Assembly: GCA_012862495.1 (NCBI GenBank)
Contig: BLSG01000076.1
Location: forward strand, 1 to 35,107
From: Thraustochytrium aureum
Lineage: Eukaryota
Reading direction: 5' to 3'
Length of the DNA: 35,107 nucleotides
The stretch's first letter is position 1. Each line of letters opens with the position of its first letter. The notes beneath the pieces are model-generated. The model was not told the origin of the DNA and did not search any database. It saw only the letters and a list, made by a program, of their open reading frames with translations. The position numbers and the translations under genes were made by a program. Shown here piece by piece: positions 20,279 to 28,728 of the stretch.

Positions 20279-20833
20279 ATGGCGCCGCGAAGGGCAAATC
20301 TGCCGCCGCTGCCGCTCCCGCCGCCGACGCTGCTGCTGCTGCTGCTGCTGCAGGTCGTGGTGGCGGCCCTCGCGGCCCTGGCACTGGCCGCGCCGGCGAG
20401 CGCATCCACGCTAAAGTCGCTGAAGAAGGCCAAGGTCGCGGCGACGCTAACCGAGGCCGACCTCGCCATACTCGAGCAGCAGTGGGAAGCTGGCGACGAG
20501 GCTCCCGAGCTGAGGTCCGCTGGCGACGAACTGCACCGGGAGATGGAGCAGCATGCCGCGAAAGGCGAGCTCGGACCAACCATGTTTTTCGTGGCGCTTG
20601 ACGAGCCACGCTCCGACGATGAGCTCGGCGCGTTCGGGCGGTATGTGGTCGAGCTGGCCATGACCGGCGGCGTGCAAGTCAACACGTACAAGATGCCCCA
20701 GGGCAAGCTCGTGGTGACGCTGCAAAAGGGGTGGCAAGGCCCAGAGCTGTACGAGATGCTCCGCGGACTTGAAGGCGTGAGGAGCGTCGAGTGGCAGGAC
20801 AGGAAGCCCTCGCGGGCTAAGGACGAGCTGTAG
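20279..20833 (+). CDS. MESD: MESD/Boca-like ER-resident chaperone with signal peptide and C-terminal KDEL, 184 aa
   Basis: Poly-Leu signal peptide; ADLAILEQQWEAGDE resembles MESD ADMARLLEQWEKDDD; GPTMFFVAL resembles GKTLMMFVTV; the downstream strand/helix pattern is collinear with the MESD core; ends AKDEL. Confidence 0.78.
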   Translation: MAPRRANLPPLPLPPPTLLLLLLLQVVVAALAALALAAPASASTLKSLKKAKVAATLTEADLAILEQQWEAGDEAPELRSAGDELHREMEQHAAKGELGPTMFFVALDEPRSDDELGAFGRYVVELAMTGGVQVNTYKMPQGKLVVTLQKGWQGPELYEMLRGLEGVRSVEWQDRKPSRAKDEL

Positions 20834-20964
20834 CACAGCTGAAAGCTCGCCCTTGGAGGAGTCTCAACTGGCAACAGTGGCAAGGGAAAGAAATTGGCTG
20901 GCAAGAAAATAGTGGGCGAACAACGTTGCGCCTGGCGCAGCGCGGCGCGGGACGCTCCCCGCGC

Positions 20965-22131
20965 TCAGCGGAACGAAAACTGCGTCCAGAGTGCAAAGTG
21001 GTCCGAGGCGAAGAGCTCCGGGTCGCGAAGGCAGGCCTCCGTGCCGGCCACACCGGCATCGTGCAGCACGAGGCGCTCGCTATTGTACACCCATATGTAG
21101 TCGAGGCACCCGGGGTTGCCGTCCACGTCGATGAAAGGGCTGCAGGCGATCCCGGAAGGCCAGGTCGTTGCCGGCTCGTGGCCGTGCACGGCCAAGTGCG
21201 CCGACTCAAACCCGGCACCGCGCCACAAGTCGAAGAGGTGTTCGTGCTCAAGAAGCGTGTTGTTGTCGCCAACGGCGAGAACCGCCGTGACTTGGTCCAG
21301 AACCGGTCGCATCCAGTCGAGAATCAGGCGCACCTCTGCAGCCCGAATCGAGCTGCCTTCCGGCGCGGTGGTGCTGTCGAGGTGCACGTTGAGAATCCAG
21401 AGCGAGTGGGGCTTGCCCGAAGGCGAGCTTGCAGGAAAGGTGAGCTTTGCGCGGTGCGCCGTGGCGAGATGCTCTGCGTACAGGTCCGTCCGCAACGGGA
21501 TCGACTCGACCGCGTCGACCGTGATGTGGGGCGAAACGATGGTGGATAGGCCCCAAATGGGGGCGTAAAGCGGAAAGTACGCGTGCAATATGTCTATCCC
21601 GAGAAGGGCGTGAAGCCAGTGGCGCGGTACCTCCAGGTACCGCGGCGCCCGCGCCAGGATCGCGCCCAGGACAGGAACCTTGAACAGCATGTCTTGTGTC
21701 TCGATAATGGCCCGCAGGAGAACCGCGACGACGGGCCCATACGATGGCGGGGCTCCGCAGGCGCGAAGGTATGCCAGGATCGAGGCCTCGCTTGCCTTGG
21801 TGTACTCTAGGCCCGGCCCCAAGCCCGCGCTCAGACACTTGAGGCAAAAGTCGTCCTGGCCGGCGCCGTTCACCATGACCTCCTGCAGCGCCAGCACGTC
21901 GGGCTGGAGGCCCTCGAGCGTCTTGCGCAGCAGCCGCTTGCGCCGTGGGTAGTGGTCGAAGAACCCGCGCACGTTGAACGTGCAGACCGTCCAGCGGCGC
22001 AGGGCCGCTGCAGCGTCCGTGGACTCGCTTGCGAGCAACAGGTCGCTCCGCGTCGCCTCGCGCGATAGCAGGCTGCCGACCAAGCCTCCAGCCGCCAGCG
22101 CGAGCGCGAGGCCGACTGCCGAGCCCGCCAT
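20965..22131 (-). CDS. Endonuclease/exonuclease/phosphatase (EEP) superfamily hydrolase with an N-terminal hydrophobic anchor, 388 aa
   Basis: Motifs TFNV, DVLALQEV, NVHLD, GDNN, TTWP, LDYIWV and SDHFAL occur in canonical order. Confidence 0.9.
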   Translation of the reverse strand: MAGSAVGLALALAAGGLVGSLLSREATRSDLLLASESTDAAAALRRWTVCTFNVRGFFDHYPRRKRLLRKTLEGLQPDVLALQEVMVNGAGQDDFCLKCLSAGLGPGLEYTKASEASILAYLRACGAPPSYGPVVAVLLRAIIETQDMLFKVPVLGAILARAPRYLEVPRHWLHALLGIDILHAYFPLYAPIWGLSTIVSPHITVDAVESIPLRTDLYAEHLATAHRAKLTFPASSPSGKPHSLWILNVHLDSTTAPEGSSIRAAEVRLILDWMRPVLDQVTAVLAVGDNNTLLEHEHLFDLWRGAGFESAHLAVHGHEPATTWPSGIACSPFIDVDGNPGCLDYIWVYNSERLVLHDAGVAGTEACLRDPELFASDHFALWTQFSFR

Positions 22132-22414
22132 GAGCCCGGAGGGCTATGAGAAGAGCGGCAAGCAGAACGCCGCGGAGACCGAACGCGGGAGAGGAGCAGG
22201 GCGCCCCCAAGGTCGGAATGCGTCTCCCTCCCGCGCTCCCCCGCAGTCGCGCAGCTGCTGCAGCAGCGGCAGGAGGTCGTGGCACCGGGCGCGTCCTGTG
22301 CACGGGATCTCTGCCAGCGCCGCAGCAGCGCAAGGCCGCGCGGGGGCACCGAGGCGCGGGCGAAGGGCGCGTCCTGTTGCGGGCTTGCTCGCAGACACCC
22401 TTTCGTAAGGACAC

Positions 22415-23233
22415 ATGACTCGGAAGGCGCCGGCGGCCGTGGTGGTCGTGCTGGGCTGGTGGGCCTCGGAGGCGAGGTTTGTGCGCAAGTACTGCGACTT
22501 GTTCGATAAGCACCACCTGGTGAGCAGCGTCGTCATGGACACGATGAGCTCGAGCGAGTTGGTATGGGGACCTTCGCGAGCCAAGGCCACCCAAAGGCTC
22601 CTACGCAAGCTCGAGGTCGCAAGAGATAGCGCTCGCATGCAGCCGGGCGCCGAGCCGCGGTTTGTATTTCACGCCATGTCGAACAACGGCGCGCTGCACC
22701 TGGCATCGCTTCGCGAGGCTGCTCCGGCCTGGCTGGCAAGGGCGACTGCGGGCGTCATCTTTGACTCGGCCCCAGGCGACCTCGATTTTGCGGCGGGCGC
22801 CGGCTCGTACGTGGAGAGCAAGCCGCCGCCGGCGCTGACTGGCGCGCTCGTTGTGGCTGGCGGGGGGGCCCTTTTGGGAGCAAGGCACTTGCTTGGGTCG
22901 ACTCTTGCGCTTGCAAAATTTGGCGTGATTTCTCTGGTTGTCGCGCATCTCGGGGCCATGGTGTCGAGCGAGCGCTACCTGTCGCGCATGATGGAAGCGC
23001 CCGTGTGGTGCCCCGAGCTCTATCTGTATTCCACGGCGGACGCACTTGTATCGTACAAGACGGTCGAGCGGGTTATGGCGGCGCGCCGAGAGCGCGGCGT
23101 TCACGTGCACGCAGCTCGCTTTGAGGGGTCGCAGCATGTGTCTCACTTTCGCGCGCACGAGGCCGAGTACGCCCAGCAAGTAGACGAGTTTCTGTGCACG
23201 GTTCTTGCCGAACCTCAGCCTGGAAGGGGCTGA
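22415..23233 (+). CDS. TMEM53: TMEM53 / DUF829 family alpha/beta-hydrolase-like protein, 272 aa
   Basis: VVVLGWW..FVRKY, FHAMSNNG, GVIFDSAPG, PELYLYSTADALV and FEGSQHVSHFRAH..Y are the DUF829 signature blocks, with a central hydrophobic segment. Confidence 0.9.
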   Translation: MTRKAPAAVVVVLGWWASEARFVRKYCDLFDKHHLVSSVVMDTMSSSELVWGPSRAKATQRLLRKLEVARDSARMQPGAEPRFVFHAMSNNGALHLASLREAAPAWLARATAGVIFDSAPGDLDFAAGAGSYVESKPPPALTGALVVAGGGALLGARHLLGSTLALAKFGVISLVVAHLGAMVSSERYLSRMMEAPVWCPELYLYSTADALVSYKTVERVMAARRERGVHVHAARFEGSQHVSHFRAHEAEYAQQVDEFLCTVLAEPQPGRG

Positions 23234-23802
23234 CGCTCGTCTCGCACCAGGTTTGCTTGCGCGCTTGGCTATTTCGTTCGTGCCGCGCGTATAAACTGCG
23301 TAAACTGCGGGGTTTGATAACCTGCAGGGCTCGTGCCTTGAAGAATGACATCTTTTCTTGAAAGCTATCTCAAGATCTACGAGCTGAATGGGCTGGCTAT
23401 GTTGCCTTGCGCGCCTCCGCGTTCGTTTCGACGGGGGCGCCAACCTCAGCCGATTGACGCGATGAGACGGCCAGAGGCGACGGCTGAGGGTGAGTGACCG
23501 ATCCCACGGCGCTCTTTCTAGCCAGAGTAGAGAGAAACCTACTCGCTAGAGTTTGTCAGCTGGCACCACACCCGCCCGGTCTGCCGGCCCAGTGGGCCGC
23601 TCGTCCTCTTGCCGGCCAAATAACGCGACTGTGCACTGGCACTGCGCCCTAAGCGGGACCGCCGCAGCTCTCTAGAGCGAATGGGCTCAAGACAAAGCGC
23701 ATTCTCGAAATACGACGACAGACAGTTGGACGCACAGCGCCCCTGTTTGCTCGCTGCTTGCGCTTTGGGCCGCTTTGGCTCGGTCAAGCGCAACCTCCTT
23801 GG

Positions 23803-24678
23803 TCAGAGCGTGTTGGAGTTGGTTTGCCGCCCAGCCGCCAGGTGGCTAGCCTTGTCCCACTCGACAATCCGCCAGTCCAGCACCACGCCGTGCTCTACGA
23901 GTGCAACGAGATGGGAGATGGAGCAGTTGCCACAGTGCGGCGCATCGTCGTCCGGCCCAAGGCCGCTCACAATGCGATAGATGCAGTTGAGCACGCCCCC
24001 GTGCGCAACGAGCAGCGCCGTCCGACTGCCAACGCTCGGCGCTGGCGCCCCAAGGGTTCGGTCAACAAGGTCTTGGAGCGCCGCCGCGCACCGTCCTTGA
24101 TGATCACGACGCGACTCGCCGCCTGGGATGCAAAACGAAGCGTCGTTGCAGAGCTTGGTCCACTCTTCGCGATGGCCCTGGCGGCATTCGGCCGCCGTCT
24201 TGCCCTCAAACATGCCAAGAGCGAGCTCCCGCAGCCGCACATCGGTTGGCACGCTCACGCTCTTTCCAACAATCTCTTGCGCAGTGTGTCGGGCGCGGAT
24301 AAGGTCGCTAGGGCGCGTCAGTTCGGCGCCTCGCGTCAGCGATTGGACCAGCGGGCGTCGACCCCCGCGGCCTCGGGATCCCGTGCTTACCTGCTTACGA
24401 TGGCGTCAAAGCCTTGCGGGTACTTTTGGCGGAGCCATGCCCCAGTCGAGACCGCCTGCGCCAGGCCCAGGTCCGACAGCTCGGTGTCTCTCTGGCCCTG
24501 CAGACGCTTGGCCCTGTTCCACCAGGTCTCGCCATGGCGCACCAGGACGACCTGCCCACGTCCGCAAGCGTCCACCCCCAAACAAGCCTCGTCAGCGCAG
24601 CGTTCGTCCGAGCAGGCAGCGGCGGCGCCAGCGCGCCACAAACGAACTCACGTTGACCGTGGCGGACGCCGTCGCCAT
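23803..24678 (-). CDS. Histidine phosphatase / phosphoglycerate mutase family protein, 230 aa; exons 24678-24652, 24551-24391, 24307-23803
   Basis: LVRHGETWWN..RLQGQRD..LS..G..QA, IVSSDLIRARHTA, LRE..LGMFEG, PGGES and LVAHGG. Introns 24552-24651 (GTGAGT..CTGAC..CAG) and 24308-24390 (GTAAGC..CTGAC..TAG) give a 693-nt open frame. Confidence 0.92.
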
Positions 24679-25529
24679 CCCGTGCGTGCAGCACTCGGCG
24701 CGCCGATGCCCCGCAGCGAGCCCTGTGCGGCACAGTCCGTGACGGCTTTGCTCTATCGACCCTGGCGGCGTCCGTGCGAGCTTCACCGTGGGCGAGGACT
24801 GTCCCGTCGAGGTGGGCGGAGGAGCCTTGGCGTTTTTGATCAAGATTGAAAGAGTGCGGTGAAGCTGCTGCCGCCTTGCGCAGCCTCCGACGGGACGTCT
24901 CTGCGCGCGACGGGGCCCGCGTGCTGAAGAGCCTCCAGGCCGATCACGTTGGAACCGGACTCGCATCCACAAGTCTGCAGATGGCGAAGAGCCTGGAATG
25001 ATGGCCTTCCGATGTTGCCACGAAACGTTCGTGACAAACGCGGTGAGGATCGATCACCCCGCCGATCGAAAGAGTTGCACCAAGCAACCTGTGGATGGAG
25101 CAGCTGGGAACAAACAGATGAAGCCTGCGTGCATCAGCCCCCAGCGCCCTCAATCACGACGGGTAGGAAGGTCCCTGCCGTGCCGGAGCGCGACACGGAA
25201 TGGCAATTTATAACAAAAGAGTTGGGACGACAGCGAGGCACGACGCCTGCGCAGAGGCGCGGAAGCTCCGGCTCGTTGAGCTCGTCAGGCAGGCGCGGGG
25301 CTACGCGCGAGGATCAAAGGGAAACTCGATATAATGACAAGTGAGTGTTTTTGAAAGAGTAGGTGTCGCCATGCCAACAAGGCAGAACGCGAGCGCGAAT
25401 CGCACGAGCCACGCTTCGACGGAGACAATCAGGACAGGCGCAGCGCACCAAGGGTATGCTGCGACGCACGAGGCCGCAGCAAACGGCCACGAGTGGAGCA
25501 CGACGGGTAGACAGCAAAACTGTAGAGGA

Positions 25530-26252
25530 TCAAATCTGCGGGTAGCCGCTGTACCCACCGTAGCCGCCCTGCTGCGGGTAGCCGCCGCCCTGTTGTGGGT
25601 AGCCGCCCTGTTGCGGGTAGCCGCCACCCTGTTGCGGGTAGCCGCCACCCTGTTGGGGGTAGCCGCCGAACGACGCAGGGGCAACGTCGCCCGCCTGCTT
25701 GGCCGCGTTTGCATTGCGCTGGCGCACAAAGACAGCCAGGCCGACGATACCAACACCCGCAGCGCCGAGCCCAATAACCGCTGGGTCCTCGTAGAACGCA
25801 GCAGTTTCGCTTCCAGTGGCTGGTGTGCCGCTGCCACTGGTGCCTGTCCCAGTTNNNNNNNNNNNNNNNNNNNNNNNNNNNNNNNNNNNNNNNNNNNNNN
25901 NNNNNNNNNNNNNNNNNNNNNNNNNNNNNNNNNNNNNNNNNNNNNNNNNNNNNNNNNNNNNNNNNNNNNNNNNNNNNNNNNNNNNNNNNNNNNNNNNNNN
26001 NNNNNNNNNNNNNNNNNNNNNNNNNNNNNNNNNNNNGTCATTGTCGCTGTCCGCGTTGCACAACGCGGCGTTCCAGACCCTCCCGTTAGCATTCCATGCC
26101 CGGCTAAAGACGTCGAGGTCGGGTGTGCCTTGAGCGTGGCCGAGCGCTGCGCCGAGCGGACCGCCGTTCGGGAATTGGTTAGAGTAGCCCGGCACGGCCT
26201 GTGTCGCCAAGAGCTGCGCGGCGGCCACGACGCCGATGATAACGCCCTTCAT
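25530..26252 (-). CDS. Type I membrane protein: signal peptide, temptin-like domain, Ser/Thr/Gly linker, TM helix, G/Y/P/Q repeat tail; spans gap 25855-26036
   Basis: MKGVIIGVVAAAQLLATQA signal; PGYSNQFPNG..ALGH..DVFSRAWNANGRVWNAALCNADSDND matches the temptin pattern P.Y...IPNG..GVGH..NPFG.DF...G..WT..LC..DSDGDG; TM AVIGLGAAGVGIVGLAVFV followed by RQR. Joining both sides of the gap into one gene is inferred. Confidence 0.78.
   Translation of the reverse strand: MKGVIIGVVAAAQLLATQAVPGYSNQFPNGGPLGAALGHAQGTPDLDVFSRAWNANGRVWNAALCNADSDNDXXXXXXXXXXXXXXXXXXXXXXXXXXXXXXXXXXXXXXXXXXXXXXXXXXXXXXXXXXXXXTGTGTSGSGTPATGSETAAFYEDPAVIGLGAAGVGIVGLAVFVRQRNANAAKQAGDVAPASFGGYPQQGGGYPQQGGGYPQQGGYPQQGGGYPQQGGYGGYSGYPQI
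25536..25667 (-). repeat. Coding 18-21 bp tandem repeat encoding (G)GGYPQQ x5
   Basis: Plus-strand units of the form (CC)CTGTTGCGGGTAGCCGCC(A) are repeated; they translate as GGYPQQGGGYPQQGGGYPQQGGYPQQGGGYPQQGGY. Confidence 0.92.
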
Positions 26253-27418
26253 CTCAGCTCTTTGCTGCAATACGGAAGCGCTGCCACGAAACGAACGACT
26301 GGGCGTAGAAGATTACGTTGGCACGACTTCCACGGCTTGCTCGAGCTTTGCCTTGGGCTCGGCGTGTGGAATGGGGTTTGGTCGTGCTGGTGCACCACGC
26401 CGCGATTCTGCACAACGATATCTGCCAGCAAGGTGCAAACACCTGTTTTCTGGTCGCGTGGCCGCTCTCATCACTCGCAACCAGCAGTGGCCCGCTCATC
26501 AATCGCGCCAACTGATCAGCGACCACCCACCTCATGCAAAAATCGGCACGAGTCGCATTTCTGACTTGGCTTGAGCCTGGGGCACGAGGGGCGGCAGACG
26601 GCTGATCCGGCACCGGCATAACTCATGCACGCCCCAATGCTTGCAAGTCAGTTTCTGACCTTGGATTTGCCGAGAAGGTAAGTGTAACTGCTCGACGCCG
26701 CCGTTGCGTTGGCCAACTCGGGCTGCTGCACTACCTGGAGAAAAAATGGATCCCTCCTTCGAGAAAGTCTCGGCGCCCGCCCTCCCCCGCCGCGGCCAAC
26801 AGGGCGCGCGCCGCGTGCACACCCCCATCGAACAGCTCGCTCGCTCGTCCGGCCCCAGCGAACCAGCGAGCGACGCCGCATCAACGAACTGCTCGCTCCG
26901 CCGCTCGCACACCATTTTCCAATGAATTTGATTTCGGTGTTCTGCGCCAATTCTGCGCCATCGGATCCTCGTACTCGGAGGGCTGAGCAAGACTCCTTGC
27001 TCTGGCTTGGCGCGAGCACGGAGGATCCTCCGTGGTGTGTGAGTCCAGCCTCATCCCAGCCTTCTCGTGCCGTTTGTGGCACGTGGTAGGTAGGGTTGCG
27101 GTGTGAGTGAAGGACGCGCCACTCCTCGCACGGGGGGCAGGCAGTGCGCGCCTCGCCTCGCCTTCTCTGGCGAATCGCGCTAGGCCATCCGTGAGCGGTT
27201 GCAGGCCGGAACGATGCTGCGGGCTTGCCGGCAGTATCGCGCGCTGCTCCCAGTGCCGCCCAGCGTGACGACAGTCGATCCGTGTCGCACTTCTCCTGGC
27301 AAGGTTGGTGGGCCACTTTCGCCAGCCGTTCTTTCACGTCACGACGACTCGGACTCGGACTCGGCAGAGTGCGTACTTACCATGAGGCCTCTCATCATCA
27401 GAGCAGCGTTCGAAGCAG

Positions 27419-28013
27419 CGTGTCTGTCACGTGAGGAAACAAAAGCAGTTCCCTGTGAAAGAGTGAGAGCGCGTGGCCATCCGAGTCCACGGCTCATCAC
27501 GAGGCATCATCAACAAACAATACTTACCCTCTGACAGGCCGCCGGAGGGCCTCCCTCTGCGCAGGCACTTGATCAACAGACAGATCCCGAGCTACCAGTA
27601 GAGAGATGTAGATCGAACGAACGCGCTGGCAGGGCAGAGCACGTCGATCGATCGAGGACTTACATGACCAAGTACTCTGCACTCTATTCCTTCCGCGCTG
27701 GCAGAGCGCCGTCCGTCCACCCCAGCCACATCCATCCACCCGTCCTCTGGCAGGCGGGATTCGTCACCGCGTAAAGCAAGGACGATCGTCCTCCTTGCCT
27801 GCGTGCTTGCTTGCGTGCTCGCTTGCGTGCTTGCCTACGTGCGTGCGTAACGAGTATCTTCCGCCTCGTCTTCGCCTCGTTTTCGCCTCGTTTTTGCCAC
27901 TTTTCTCAATTGATTGATTGAAATCAATTGAACCATCGAACGCACTCCAAGAGGAGAGTAGAGCGACATGACAGACACGAGTCACAATGAGTCAGTCACA
28001 TGACAGACACGAG
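27419..28013. promoter_or_regulatory. Cluster of extended TGACAG motifs (ACRTGACAGACACG x3, TGACAGG x1) plus a TGAGTCA site upstream of the homeobox gene
   Basis: ACATGACAGACACGAG at 27966-27981 and 27998-28013 (+), ACGTGACAGACACG at 27419-27432 (-), TGACAGG at 27532-27538, TGAGTCA at 27988-27994. The motifs are directly visible; their function is inferred. Confidence 0.45.
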
Positions 28014-28728
28014 CTCTGCAGGTCGAATTGGAATTGGAATTCGAATTCTCGTTTCGAAAGACGAAATGACTGAGCAAAATTCAAGTTTCACAATCGAAAG
28101 ACGAACGAAACCGAATCACGCCACTGTGACGCCAGCCGCTCCGTCCCCGACGCCCTACTCACGGCAGAGGTCAGCGGATTGGCGAAGCACGTCACGGCAG
28201 CCCGCGCCCCGCAGAGCAGGCAGGCAGGCTGGCGACCAGGTTGTCGCTGCGTGTTGCTGGCGGATGGATGGATGGATGCCAGTGGATGGATCTTGATTGA
28301 GCCAAGCAGGTAGTACGCGGCTTTCTGGCAGAATCATCATCGAGGTGGAAAAAGACAAGCGGAAGAGAAGAGAGAGAGGAAAANNNNNNNNNNNNNNNNN
28401 NNNNNNNNNNNNNNNNNNNNNNNNNNNNNNNNNNNNNNNNNNNNNNNNNNNNNNNNNNNNNNNNNNNNNNNNNNNNNNNNNNNNNNNNNNNNNNNNNNNN
28501 NNNNNNNNNNNNNNNNNNNNNNNNNNNNNNNNNNNNNNNNNNNNNNNNNNNNNNNNNNNNNNNNNNNNNNNNNNNNNNNNNNNNNNNNNNNNNNNNNNNN
28601 NNNNNNNNNNNNNNNNNNNNNNNNNNNNNNNNNNNNNNNNNNNNNNNNNNNNNNNNNNNNNNNNNNNNNNNNNNNNNNNNNNNNNNNNNNNNNNNNNNNN
28701 NNNNNNNNNNNNNNNNNNNNNNNNTAAA

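Noticed and set aside
26265..27383. Possible upstream ATG-only exon (ATG|GTAAGT at 27383-27375) splicing in frame to a CAG acceptor at 26265 of the temptin gene
   Set aside because: It would need a ~1.1-kb intron when all others here are 55-100 nt, there is no CTGAC branch point near the acceptor, and ATG 26252 already gives a good signal peptide.
27519..27540. ATACTTACC resembling the 5' end of U1 snRNA
   Set aside because: It continues CTCTG rather than TGG, and no U1 stem-loops or Sm site are recognisable downstream.
27725..28290. (CCAT)n/(GGAT)n, (GCTT)n and (GCAG)n short repeats, also at ~32215-32300
   Set aside because: Ordinary short microsatellites in upstream regions with no higher-order structure.
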